A stretch of DNA of 64,000 nucleotides from Myxococcota bacterium. GTDB taxonomy: Bacteria > Myxococcota_A > UBA796 > CAJQPC01. The stretch spans positions 113,198 to 177,197 of the forward strand of contig DASCPX010000179.1 of assembly GCA_036012755.1 (NCBI GenBank). The letters run 5' to 3'. Shown here piece by piece: positions 1 through 9,237 of this stretch (its first letter is position 1; each line of letters opens with the position of its first letter). The notes beneath the pieces are model-generated. The model ran no database searches. It was given only the letters and a program-made list of their open reading frames with translations, and was not told the origin of the DNA. The translations under genes were made by a program, and so were the position numbers.

Positions 1-1
1 A

Positions 2-778
2 GACCGCCGGGCGGGCGCCTCGGCGCTGGATGCGGCGCTGGTGAAGGGCACGCCGGTGGGGCTGCAGGTGAACATCTACTGGCTGCCCTACATCCCCGGA
101 CCGATGCGGGTCCACTTCAACGGCCACAACCTCATCGTGCTCGAGAAGACAGGCGACACCTACCTCATCAGCGATCCGGTGATGGAGGAGGTCCACGAGT
201 GCCCGGAGTCAGCGCTGGTCCGGGCCCGCTTCAGCGGGACCAACGCCCTGTTGGGCAGCGGCTTGATGTACTACCCGACCCACATCGACCCCGAGCCCGA
301 CCTCCGCCGAGCCACGGAACAGGGCCTGGCCGAGGTCTGCACGCGCATGCGCAGGATCCCCTTCATCCTTCCCTGGTTCGGTGTGCGCGGTGTCCGTCAC
401 CTCGCAGGCCAGCTCGAGGCCTGGCCGCGGCGCCTCGGCGAAGAGGATGCGCGCGAGTGGCTGGCGGGACTGGTGCGGATGCAGGAAGAGATCGGCACCG
501 GGGGCGCGGGCTTCCGCTACCTCTTCGCGGCCTTCCTGCAGGAGGCCGGCGAGCTCCTGTCGTGGTCGGCGCTGTCAGCCATGTCCGATCAGGCCACCGA
601 CCTCGGCGACCAGTGGCGACGCTTCGCGCTGCACGCCTCGCGAAGGGCCCGCGGCAAGCCCGACAAGGAGTGGTCGGAGCTCGCCGAGCTGCTGCTTGCG
701 CTGGCGGAGGCCGAGGACCGCCTCTTCGCGGACCTCGACGCCGTGAGGGTGGCAGGGGCGCCTCAGCTCACTGGCTAG
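2..778 (+). CDS. BtrH N-terminal/DUF4872-like protein, 5'-truncated by the window edge
   Basis: Frame is open from position 2. Motifs YWLPY..HFNGHNLIV, YLISDPV and MQEEIGTGGAGFRYLFAAFLQEA are characteristic of this family. Confidence 0.8.
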   Translation, partial: DRRAGASALDAALVKGTPVGLQVNIYWLPYIPGPMRVHFNGHNLIVLEKTGDTYLISDPVMEEVHECPESALVRARFSGTNALLGSGLMYYPTHIDPEPDLRRATEQGLAEVCTRMRRIPFILPWFGVRGVRHLAGQLEAWPRRLGEEDAREWLAGLVRMQEEIGTGGAGFRYLFAAFLQEAGELLSWSALSAMSDQATDLGDQWRRFALHASRRARGKPDKEWSELAELLLALAEAEDRLFADLDAVRVAGAPQLTG

Positions 779-1599
779 CTCCCGAAGACGCCCACCTGGT
801 GGCCGGAGACACCACCGACGCCGTCGAACATCATCGTGCCGGCAGCGTAGGGCGTGCCGCGGATGGAGACGTCCTCGTAGACCTCTGCGCGGACCAGGCC
901 GCCGTCGCTGCGGAGGTCGACCTTCGTGCCCCTGGGCAACAGCACGTCACCGGGGAAGCGATTGCCCCGGGCCAGGGTGCAGCTGGCGACGTTGCCGTTG
1001 TCGTGGAGCAGGGCAGCGGAGAGGCAGGGCACCCCCGCGACGGTGACGGACTCCGCGGGAGAGGCGAGGTCGCCGAGCACGACCTCCGCCAGGTTGCCGT
1101 TTTCGTGGAAGGTCGCCCGAGCGCCTCTGCGCAAGCTGAAGTCACCGACGCCGTAGGGCTCGGACAGGACACAGCTCCACCGCCCGTCGGCGTGGGCCTC
1201 TGCGGTCTTGGCCTCCCTGCACGGCACGCCCCGGATGAACATGTTGGCAGCCAGGATGACGCGCACGCCGGTGACAGCGCCGCTGGCTTCGTGGACGATG
1301 GACTCTCGCGAGCCGAAGTCGAGCGCCTCGAGCTCGTCGAGGGGGGGCAAGAGCACGACCTCCTCGCCAGCTTCGGCCACCTCGCCGCCGTCTTGTCCGC
1401 TGCCGTCCTCGTCGAGTTCGAGCTCGTCGGGGGTCCAGACCTCCTCGTAGTCCACGTCGGGGTCAAAGACGCGCATTTGCGGGACGCCGAGCGGATCGCC
1501 CTCCTCGGCCGGTGGTGCAGCCCCCTCGGCGAGGGGGTCGGACGCGGCGGACTCGGTGTCGGAGCCGCAGGCGAAGGCCAGGAGGAGAGTGAGGACCAT
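775..1599 (-). CDS. Hypothetical lipoprotein with repeated GVPC...(F/L)HxNGN beta-type units
   Basis: Signal MVLTLLLAFAC, acidic linker, then repeats IRGVPC / VAGVPC / IRGTPY and FHENGNL / LHDNGNV. Confidence 0.7.
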   Translation of the reverse strand: MVLTLLLAFACGSDTESAASDPLAEGAAPPAEEGDPLGVPQMRVFDPDVDYEEVWTPDELELDEDGSGQDGGEVAEAGEEVVLLPPLDELEALDFGSRESIVHEASGAVTGVRVILAANMFIRGVPCREAKTAEAHADGRWSCVLSEPYGVGDFSLRRGARATFHENGNLAEVVLGDLASPAESVTVAGVPCLSAALLHDNGNVASCTLARGNRFPGDVLLPRGTKVDLRSDGGLVRAEVYEDVSIRGTPYAAGTMMFDGVGGVSGHQVGVFGS

Positions 1600-1626
1600 G
1601 TCCAGAGCCTACCTGCCCCGAGACCG

Positions 1627-2364
1627 CTACCGCACGCGCCGTTGTATGAGCATCCAGGATCGCTCGACGGCCATGACGAACTTGCGGAGCCTCTCTCTCT
1701 CCAGATCTCCGCCCTGGAGGATCTCGAATCCGTGCACGTCTCCGTGCACTGCAAGGCAGTGGACCGCGACGAGGACGCTCTGTTCTTCGTACCGGATCTG
1801 CAGGGAGCCCTCTGCCCCGACTGCAAGAGGATTCCCCAGCAACTGCACGCCGACGCCACCCAGGGAGAGGTCGAGCAGGGTGCCCGCGCGAGGGCCGTCG
1901 ACGTCCAGTTCGATCTCTACGCCGAGACCTTTGACCGGGATACGGAAGGCGCGCCGGGCCTGGACCACCAGGAAGCGCTCGGGCTTATCGAGCATGAGGA
2001 CGGGGCCGGGGCCGCTGGGCTCGACGCTGTGGACCCGGGCGTGAAACGCCACCGAGCGCCCATCGCGAATGAGCTGAACCAGGACGAGGTGGCCCTGGGC
2101 CGGCCGATCCGCGAGCGAGTGTGCCTGGACGGTGACGCTGAGGTGGCGCTCGCCCAGCGCGGAGAGGCGACCGGGGACCACGCTCGGAGGATCGCCGAGC
2201 AACATGAGGACGGCGTCGCCCTCGACGACAGCATCCGAGAGCAGGTCCTCGCCAGTGGGCTCACGGCTTCTCCGGGTGGCTGGCCGTCTCGCGGCTGGCT
2301 TGCTGCCGAACATGATCTCTCCGGACTCACCCATCTCATCGGCTTCGGCGGTCCGAAACTTCAT
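1627..2364 (-). CDS. PilZ-domain c-di-GMP receptor (YcgR-like layout)
   Basis: QARRAFR (RxxxR) and DLSLGG (DxSxxG) motifs follow an N-terminal beta domain. The start is uncertain. Confidence 0.85.
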   Translation of the reverse strand: MKFRTAEADEMGESGEIMFGSKPAARRPATRRSREPTGEDLLSDAVVEGDAVLMLLGDPPSVVPGRLSALGERHLSVTVQAHSLADRPAQGHLVLVQLIRDGRSVAFHARVHSVEPSGPGPVLMLDKPERFLVVQARRAFRIPVKGLGVEIELDVDGPRAGTLLDLSLGGVGVQLLGNPLAVGAEGSLQIRYEEQSVLVAVHCLAVHGDVHGFEILQGGDLERERLRKFVMAVERSWMLIQRRVR

Positions 2365-2446
2365 GATTTCATGTGGCCGAATCCATGGCTCGATCCAATC
2401 AGAGCGCTCCGATCATGGAGGTTGATCAGCGAGATAGGGGTTCCTC

Positions 2447-3337
2447 GTGCGCGACCGACTCGCCGCCGCGGCCTCACGACGTGAGGTCCTCGATCTGTCC
2501 GGGACCACGGCGTGGCGCCTCTTCCACGGCGTCGCCGAGGGACGCCCCAATCTGGCCGTGGATCGCTACGGAGGGGGCCTGATCGCCTGGATGCAGGACG
2601 AGGTCGACCGTGCGGAGCGAGAGGCCATCGACGAGCTGGGGGAGGTGACCTGGGTGCGCCGAGGCACGCCCTTGTCCACCCTCCCCTTCGAGGAGTTGGG
2701 CATGCGGTGGCCCGCGGCCTCGCTCGGCCAGGATCCACCGCTGTTCCTGGATCTCCGAGCAGGGCGTCGCTGGCTGCAGGAGCACGCCCGGGGGCGGGTG
2801 CTCAACGCCTTCGCCTATGCGGGCGGGAGTGGGCTGAGCTGTGTGCAGGCAGAGACGGTGGTCAACCTCGACCACAGCGCCCGCTACCTCGACTTCGCCA
2901 CAGAGGTCGCCGAGCACAACGGGCGCCAGGTCGAGTGCATCCGCGAGGACTACTTCGCCGCCGTGCGCCAGTGGGGAGGGCTGAAGCTGCGCGGACGCGG
3001 CGCCCGACGGCGCTGGAAGAGACGCGACCAACGTCGCTTCGACCTCGTCGTGCTCGACCCGCCGACCTTTGCGAAGAGCCCACTGGGCGCGGTCGACCTC
3101 CTCCGGGACTACCCGAGCCTGCTCAAGCCAGCGCTCTGTTGTCTCACCGCCGGGGGGTCCGTGCTCGCCACGAACCACGCGGCGAAGATCGACCTCGAAG
3201 ACTGGCTCGGGATCTGCCGCCGCTGTGCAGACAAGGCAGGCCGCCCGATCCGGGACATCGAGGTGATCGTGCCGGAGGCCGACTTCCCGAGCTTCGACGG
3301 CAGGCCGCCGCTGAAGATCGCGGTGTTCCGGACCTAG
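2447..3337 (+). CDS. Class I SAM-dependent methyltransferase, RlmI/RlmK-like
   Basis: RLFHG..EG...[25 protein letters not shown] and [14 protein letters not shown]. Confidence 0.85.
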   Translation: MRDRLAAAASRREVLDLSGTTAWRLFHGVAEGRPNLAVDRYGGGLIAWMQDEVDRAEREAIDELGEVTWVRRGTPLSTLPFEELGMRWPAASLGQDPPLFLDLRAGRRWLQEHARGRVLNAFAYAGGSGLSCVQAETVVNLDHSARYLDFATEVAEHNGRQVECIREDYFAAVRQWGGLKLRGRGARRRWKRRDQRRFDLVVLDPPTFAKSPLGAVDLLRDYPSLLKPALCCLTAGGSVLATNHAAKIDLEDWLGICRRCADKAGRPIRDIEVIVPEADFPSFDGRPPLKIAVFRT

Positions 3338-3735
3338 ATGCCGAAGAAGGCCTCCAGGCGGCCGCGGATCTGGTCGCGAGCCGTGCGGAAGCGGCGGAAC
3401 TGCCGCCCGACCGGCTCGTCAGGGTAGCCAGCGGGGTCGTCGATGGGCCAGTGATCCCGCTGCACGCCAGGGGGCAGGACCGGGCAGTGCTCCTCGCCGC
3501 AGAGCGTGATCACCAGGTCGATCTCGTCGAGGTCGATGGCGTCGATGCCCTTGGCCGCGTGGCTGCGAATGTCGACACCAAGCTCGTCGAGGACGATGAT
3601 GGCGCGCTCGCGGACACGCGTGGGCTCGCTGCCGGCGCTCCATACGCGCGTGCCCTCCGGTGCCATCCAGCGGGCCAGGCCCTCGGCCATCTGGCTGCGG
3701 GCGCTGTTGGCGACACAGAGAAAGAGGATGTTCAT
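3334..3735 (-). CDS. arsC: Arsenate reductase / low-molecular-weight phosphatase family
   Basis: P-loop [17 protein letters not shown]...[18 protein letters not shown]. Confidence 0.85.
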   Translation of the reverse strand: MNILFLCVANSARSQMAEGLARWMAPEGTRVWSAGSEPTRVRERAIIVLDELGVDIRSHAAKGIDAIDLDEIDLVITLCGEEHCPVLPPGVQRDHWPIDDPAGYPDEPVGRQFRRFRTARDQIRGRLEAFFGI

Positions 3736-3772
3736 GGACCCGGGTTATCGCGTCGGCACTGGAAGGTGAGCG

Positions 3773-4354
3773 CTGACCGACGAGCTGCCGAAGCTGGACG
3801 CCAGGCGGCTGCTGAGGAAGCTGGCGATCGGGCTGGTCCTCTTGATGGTCGCGCTCGGCGTCACCAGCAAGCTCTTCCACGCAGAGCTCGTGAGCTTCGG
3901 CGAAGCCTTCGTCGGGCGCTTCGGCGGCCTCGGCGTGGCGTTCGGCTTCTTCTACCCGGACATGATCCCCGTCCCTGGCGTCCACGAGGCCTTCTCCGCC
4001 TTCGGACTTCTCGGCGGCATGCCCTTCTGGGAGGTCGTGGCCTGGGCCTTCGCCGGTTCGATCACCGGCGGGACCATCGGCTTCTTCCTCGGACGCAGCC
4101 TGCGCACCACCGAGCGCCTCTCGCGCTTCCTGCAAGAGGGCCGAGGCCGCTACGTCCATGGCCTCGTGCAGCGCTACGGCACCTGGGCGCTGGCGCTGGT
4201 GGCCGTCTCACCGATCCCCTACTCGATCGGCTGCTGGTCCTGCGGCGCCCTGGACTACCCCCTCTGGAAGTTCCTCGCCGTCTCGCTCTTGCGCATCCCG
4301 CGCATCGCCTTCTACCTGTGGCTCATCCAGATGGGCTTCCTCGTCGCCACCTGA
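3773..4354 (+). CDS. DedA/VTT (YqaA-like) membrane protein
   Basis: GSITGGTIGFFLGR, RYG.WAL..AVSPIPY, SLLRIPR. The frame is open from 3770. The start is CTG 3773 (behind GGAAGG) or TTG/ATG 3842/3845. Confidence 0.75.
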   Translation: MTDELPKLDARRLLRKLAIGLVLLMVALGVTSKLFHAELVSFGEAFVGRFGGLGVAFGFFYPDMIPVPGVHEAFSAFGLLGGMPFWEVVAWAFAGSITGGTIGFFLGRSLRTTERLSRFLQEGRGRYVHGLVQRYGTWALALVAVSPIPYSIGCWSCGALDYPLWKFLAVSLLRIPRIAFYLWLIQMGFLVAT

Positions 4355-5611
4355 TCAGGCGTTCTGGGCCAGGAACTCCACGACCAGCGGGTCCCCCTCG
4401 AAGTGGCGGTCCTCTGAGAGCCGCCGTCGGACTCCCATGTCGAGCTGTCGCCAGACGGTCTCGGGTATGCCCGAGCCCTTCCACCAGCAGCGGAACTCGT
4501 CGGCGAGGCTGTCGCGCAACAGATCGACGTCGCCCCTGTGGAGCAGCTGGTCGTCGGGGCCGAGGGCGCGCACGCCCCGGAGCTCGCCGACCTCGCCGTC
4601 GTGGGCCTTGACCCAGCGCTTTCCGGCGCGAGCGCTGCGGAAGTCGAGGCTCTCGACCCCCGAGATCCCAATGCGTTCGAGGTCCCCCGCGAGCTGCGCG
4701 TGCATCACCCGCCGCAGGTCGGGACCTGCCTTCGCCAGTCCGCCACCACGATCCGTCGAGTGCGGCGGCGGGTCACCGCGGGGGTAGACCCCTGGCCTGT
4801 CGGTGGGCTCTACATCCGGCTCCACGCCGTCGAGGGCGTCCTCGAAGGTGGCTCCGGGGACGAAACCCACTGAGCTCCGCGTCGTCTCGGGCGCAACCGA
4901 CACGTCACCCGGAGGCAGCGCCGCGAAGCGCGTCTTCCTCCAGCCCGAGCCCTGGCGCCGCGAAGCCACGAGGCGCTCCATCTCCTCGCCCGTGTAGACC
5001 CTCGGACCGCCCACCGCGCAGGACCGGCCGACCTCGAAGCGGTCGAGGTAGGCCAGAGCCACCTTCGCGACGTCGGCCCGGTGCATCGGCGAGTAGCGAC
5101 TGGCCACATCGAAGCCATGCGGACGGGCCCCATCCGGAGGGACGACGTGGCCCTCGATGACCTCGTCGTGGGTGCAGCTGACCCGTACGATGGCCCAGGG
5201 GGCCGCGCAGTTGCGCACTCCGCCCTCGACGTAGAAGGCCCGCCGGTTGAGCCGCGCGTAGGACCACCGATAGGCCCCCATGACGCTGAGGTGCAGGATT
5301 CGCTCGGCCCCAGCTTCGTGAGCAGCCCGGACGATGTTCTCTGCGGCGATGCCAGCGTAGATGACCGAGCCCGGGCCGCTGGTCCGCGCGTCGATGCAGC
5401 TGATGACCTCTGATGCCCCGTCCATGACAGCGCGAAGGGCGTCGATGTGTCGAGGATCGGCGTAGGCGACATCCTGGACATCCGCGAAGCCATGGAGATT
5501 GTCGAGGTCGCGGTCGTCGCGTACGACGGGGCGGACGGGGCGTCCGCGGGCCATCGCAAGGCGGAGGATCTCGCTCCCTGTGCGCCCGTTGGCGCCGACG
5601 ACTACGAGCAT
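4355..5611 (-). CDS. NAD(P)H-binding atypical SDR (NmrA-like) with C-terminal extension
   Basis: N-terminal Rossmann motif VVVGANGRTG, ENIVRAA...RILHLS, PMHRADVA. Confidence 0.8.
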   Translation of the reverse strand: MLVVVGANGRTGSEILRLAMARGRPVRPVVRDDRDLDNLHGFADVQDVAYADPRHIDALRAVMDGASEVISCIDARTSGPGSVIYAGIAAENIVRAAHEAGAERILHLSVMGAYRWSYARLNRRAFYVEGGVRNCAAPWAIVRVSCTHDEVIEGHVVPPDGARPHGFDVASRYSPMHRADVAKVALAYLDRFEVGRSCAVGGPRVYTGEEMERLVASRRQGSGWRKTRFAALPPGDVSVAPETTRSSVGFVPGATFEDALDGVEPDVEPTDRPGVYPRGDPPPHSTDRGGGLAKAGPDLRRVMHAQLAGDLERIGISGVESLDFRSARAGKRWVKAHDGEVGELRGVRALGPDDQLLHRGDVDLLRDSLADEFRCWWKGSGIPETVWRQLDMGVRRRLSEDRHFEGDPLVVEFLAQNA

Positions 5612-5669
5612 GCCGGCATCCTACAGCCCGCAACGAAAACTGCTTGCGCCCACTATGCTCAGGGAGCCA

Positions 5670-7199
5670 ATGCGTCGCCTGAAGGTCGCCATCATCAGCC
5701 TCTACGCCCTGGAGAACAACGGGGTGCGACACGTCGCCTCGTCGCTCAGAGAGGCGGGCTTCCAGGTGACCGAGATCTACTTCAAGGACTGGGTCAACAA
5801 CCGCTTCCCATGGCCGGCCGAGGTCGAGGTCCAGAACCTCCTGTCGCTGCTGCGAGACCGAGGGATCGACGTGGCCGGGATCTCGGTGCGCGCCAGCGCT
5901 TTCCACCGGATGGCGAAGTACCTCACCGAGCGGGTGCGCAGTGCCCTCGGGCTCCCGGTCCTGTGGGGCGGCATGCACCCGACCTTCCTGCCCGAGATGT
6001 GCATCGAGATCGCCGACTACATCTCGATCGGGGAGACCGACCAGATCGTGAAGGAGTTCTTCACCCGACTCGATGAAGGCGTCTCCGTCCACGACTGCCC
6101 GAGCTTCTGGGTTCGCGAGGGCGACACCGTCTACCGCAACGACGTCGCCCCCCTCGTCGAGCTCGACGACGTGCCCTTCCGGGACTTCCACACCCGGGAC
6201 GACAAGTTCCACATCGCGGGCGACAAGGTCTCCGTCGGCGACCCCTTCATCGACAACCCCGAGTACACGCTCCTGGCATCACGTGGCTGCCCCTACTGGA
6301 CCTGCACCTTCTGCAGCAACACGCTCACCAAGCCGCTCTACGAGGGCAAGGGGAAGGGCTACCGCGTCCGCTCGGTAGAGCACATCATCCAGGAGATGGA
6401 GTACGCGACGAAGATCTGCAAGGACATCAAGGTCGTCCGCTTCGACGACGAGGTCTTCCCGATCCGTGCGGAATGGATCGAGGAGTTCGCCCAGAAGTGG
6501 CCTGCCCGCGTGGGCATCCCCTTCGAGGTCCTGGTCGACCCGCGCATGGTCCGCCTCGAGCCGCTGCGCCTGTTGAAGACCGCCGGGCTGCGGGCTCTCT
6601 GCATGGGCATCCAGGCGACCGAGCGGGTGAACCAGGAGTTCTACAACCGCAACACGACGAACCAGCAGATCCTGGACGCGCAGGAGGTCTTCCGGTCCGT
6701 CGGCGTCACCAGCAACCTGCAGATCATCTGGGACGACCCCTACTCGACCCAGCAGGACAAGGACGACCTCTTCCATCTGGTCATGGAGCTCCAGCGCCCC
6801 TTCGAGCTCTTCCTCTTCGGCCTGACGATCTACCCCAACACCCACATGGCTCGACGCCTGCTGCGCGAGGGGCGCATCACAGAGGGACACATCGAGGGGG
6901 TGAACACCCACGCCTTCGAGCAGTTCCGCGTGGACCTCGACTACCCGCGACCGAAGGAGGACACCCGCTGGCTGGCGCTCTTCGTCCTCTGCAACAAGAG
7001 CTTCCTGCCAAAGGACCTCATCTGGAAGCTCTACACCTCGGAGCGCTTCAAGGCCAACCCCGCGCCGCTGGTCCAGCTGGCCCAGGCGGTGAACCTCGTC
7101 AAGATGGCGGGTGTGGCTGGCGAGATGACGCTGCGAGGCGAGATGACGCCGCTGTTGATCAAGCGCTGGGTGAACCCCGACTCCCTGGTGACGATGTGA
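5670..7199 (+). CDS. B12-binding-domain radical SAM protein
   Basis: VLWGGMHPT and DYISIGETD (B12 domain), SRGCPYWTCTFC, RVRSVEHIIQE, FDDEVF. AGGGAG lies upstream of ATG 5670. Confidence 0.88.
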   Translation: MRRLKVAIISLYALENNGVRHVASSLREAGFQVTEIYFKDWVNNRFPWPAEVEVQNLLSLLRDRGIDVAGISVRASAFHRMAKYLTERVRSALGLPVLWGGMHPTFLPEMCIEIADYISIGETDQIVKEFFTRLDEGVSVHDCPSFWVREGDTVYRNDVAPLVELDDVPFRDFHTRDDKFHIAGDKVSVGDPFIDNPEYTLLASRGCPYWTCTFCSNTLTKPLYEGKGKGYRVRSVEHIIQEMEYATKICKDIKVVRFDDEVFPIRAEWIEEFAQKWPARVGIPFEVLVDPRMVRLEPLRLLKTAGLRALCMGIQATERVNQEFYNRNTTNQQILDAQEVFRSVGVTSNLQIIWDDPYSTQQDKDDLFHLVMELQRPFELFLFGLTIYPNTHMARRLLREGRITEGHIEGVNTHAFEQFRVDLDYPRPKEDTRWLALFVLCNKSFLPKDLIWKLYTSERFKANPAPLVQLAQAVNLVKMAGVAGEMTLRGEMTPLLIKRWVNPDSLVTM

Positions 7200-8254
7200 G
7201 CCGACCGCTTGCCCGCGCGCGAGCATGGAAGAACATCGCCGTGTCCGCGTCGATGCGGAGGGTGCGCCCCGAGTGGGTGCCGCCCCCACACGCGGCCCAC
7301 ATCATCACTACCTTCAAGTGCAACCTCAAGTGCATCGGCTGCGGCTCGTGGGAGGTCCGAGACCACGAGGACCTGACCCTGGACCAGTGGCTCCCGGTCT
7401 TCAAGCAGCTCGAGTCCCTGGACATCGTCAAGATCCTCGGCGGCGAGCCCTTCGTGCGAAAGGACATCGTCGGCCTGCTGGCCGCCGTCCGGGACGAGAT
7501 CGATCCCTACATCCTCCAGCTCGGCACCAACGGGATGCTGACGGACCGGATCGTCGAGGCACTCGACACAGTCGGCTGGCCGGGCCTGCAGCTCCGCATC
7601 TCCGTTGACGGCACCGCGGCGGTCCACGACCGGATCCGCGGCGTCGAGGGCAGCTGGGACCAGGTCGACCACACGGTGCGAAAGGTCGCCGAGCTGAAAC
7701 AAAAGCGCGGCTTCCAGTTCGGCATCAACTTCGCGGTGACCGACGACTCGCTCGGCGACTTCGAGGCGATGGTGGAGTACGCCGAGAGCGTCGGCGCCGA
7801 CCTGATCCCGGGGGTGAACGTCGACCCCTTCCTGGTGGGGACCACGCCCCCGGAAATCCGCCAGCAGGAGATCATCCTCTTGTCCAACGCTGATGAGGGG
7901 CTACGACGGATCGAGGACCACCGTGTCGGCACACGGACCGAGCTGCCTCTCGTCGATCACCTGCTGTCGAGGTTCATGACGAGGCGTACCTTCGAGCGCC
8001 AGATCGCCAGGAATGATCGGAGCTTCCCTTGCCGGGAGCTGCGCGACCTGATCTACATGCTGCCCAACGGCGACGTGGTGCGCTGTGGCATGGACCACGA
8101 ACCGGTCGGCAACGTGCTGGAGTCGTCCATCGAGGAGATCTGGTACGGCGATCGGGTAGAGCCCCACCGCAGGAAGGTCGAGGCCTGCCCTGGCTGCATG
8201 CAGGCATCCGTACAGATCATGTCCAGGCTCTACGGTGGCTGTCTCGACGCCTGA
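7196..8254 (+). CDS. Radical SAM protein with SPASM/Twitch domain
   Basis: CNLKCIGC, LGGEPF, ISVDG..VHDRIRG, C-terminal C...PNGDVVRC...CPGC. The GTG start overlaps the upstream stop (GTGA). Confidence 0.88.
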   Translation: MSRPLARARAWKNIAVSASMRRVRPEWVPPPHAAHIITTFKCNLKCIGCGSWEVRDHEDLTLDQWLPVFKQLESLDIVKILGGEPFVRKDIVGLLAAVRDEIDPYILQLGTNGMLTDRIVEALDTVGWPGLQLRISVDGTAAVHDRIRGVEGSWDQVDHTVRKVAELKQKRGFQFGINFAVTDDSLGDFEAMVEYAESVGADLIPGVNVDPFLVGTTPPEIRQQEIILLSNADEGLRRIEDHRVGTRTELPLVDHLLSRFMTRRTFERQIARNDRSFPCRELRDLIYMLPNGDVVRCGMDHEPVGNVLESSIEEIWYGDRVEPHRRKVEACPGCMQASVQIMSRLYGGCLDA

Positions 8255-8278
8255 TCGGGCTGCTATGGTCTCGGACCG

Positions 8279-8752
8279 ATGACAGGAGCACCCGTGAAGA
8301 AGGCCAACCTCTCGAAGCGCTTTCTCGCTGCGCTGGTGGACGGCGTCATCAGCAACGGCATCATGACGGCGATCGGCACACTGCTCCCTGGCATCGGAAA
8401 CATCGTGATGTTCGCGCTCAGCCTGATCCCGACCGTCTTCGAGGACGACGTCCTGGGCACACCCGGGGTGAGCATCGGACGCAAGGCCTTCGGCCAGCGC
8501 CTGGTCAACCTGGACGGTACCCCCGTCGACCTCAAGACCTCGATCAAACGCAACGCGATCAACGCCGGGATGGTCGTCATCGGTGTCTTCACGCTGTTCA
8601 TCCCCCAGTGGATCGACATCGGGCTGGTCCTGTTCCGCGACGGTCGCCGCATCTCGGACCTCCTCATGGGCACACGCGTCGCCGACCTCGAGGAGACTCC
8701 TCAGCTCACCGTCGATCCGCCCGGGGACGATGCCCCGGATGAAACCGACTGA
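8279..8752 (+). CDS. RDD family membrane protein
   Basis: KRFLAALVD, SIGRKAFG.RLV, KRN, RRISDLLMGTRV. Confidence 0.85.
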   Translation: MTGAPVKKANLSKRFLAALVDGVISNGIMTAIGTLLPGIGNIVMFALSLIPTVFEDDVLGTPGVSIGRKAFGQRLVNLDGTPVDLKTSIKRNAINAGMVVIGVFTLFIPQWIDIGLVLFRDGRRISDLLMGTRVADLEETPQLTVDPPGDDAPDETD

Positions 8753-8810
8753 CACACCGTGAAATAGCGTTCGAGACGCCGTAGCGAGACAGTGGGTTCA
8801 GGAGGTCCTG

Positions 8811-9161
8811 ATGATCCACGCGGTGCTCTTCTCTCTCGCCAACGCTTCCATCCCCGAGTCCGAGGTCCTCGAGATCCCGGTCATCCAACACGCCTCTGCA
8901 GAGGAGCTCGCGATGCGCCTCGAGCTGCGGGCTGTCCTCGACAACGACGTCTCCGCGATGGAGCAGGGGCTGGCGCTCTACGAGCTCATCCTCGACGGCA
9001 TGGAGGAGGGTGACGAGATCGCCCGAACTCGCATCGCCGCCGGGATCCTGGCCAACCAGCTCGAAGACCTCGATCGCGCACGCATGCACCTCGCGCAGGC
9101 GCAGTGGCACCCCGTCTACGGGGCCGAGGCCGAGGCGATCCTCGCAGACCTGGATCGCTGA
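8811..9161 (+). CDS. Small secreted helical (TPR-like) hypothetical protein
   Basis: Short hydrophobic N-terminus, GGAGG upstream, TPR-like amphipathic helices. Confidence 0.6.
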   Translation: MIHAVLFSLANASIPESEVLEIPVIQHASAEELAMRLELRAVLDNDVSAMEQGLALYELILDGMEEGDEIARTRIAAGILANQLEDLDRARMHLAQAQWHPVYGAEAEAILADLDR

Positions 9162-9184
9162 TACCGGCTGTAATCCAGTTCGGC

Positions 9185-9211
9185 TGAAGTCCGGAGACGG
9201 GCTTCCGATGA
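9185..9211 (+). promoter_or_regulatory. Candidate sigma28 (FliA-family) promoter
   Basis: TGAA-N15-TCCGATGA versus the consensus TAAA-N15-GCCGATAA, 26 nt upstream of ATG 9238 of the flagellin-like gene. Confidence 0.45.
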
Positions 9212-9237
9212 CGCGTCCCCACAACAAGGACGCACTC

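Noticed and set aside
3334..3735. Arsenic-resistance operon
   Set aside because: The arsC-like gene is solitary, with no arsR, arsB/acr3 or arsH adjacent.
5670..9161. RiPP biosynthetic cluster
   Set aside because: No precursor peptide, RRE/PqqD domain, peptidase or exporter is identifiable beside the radical SAM genes.
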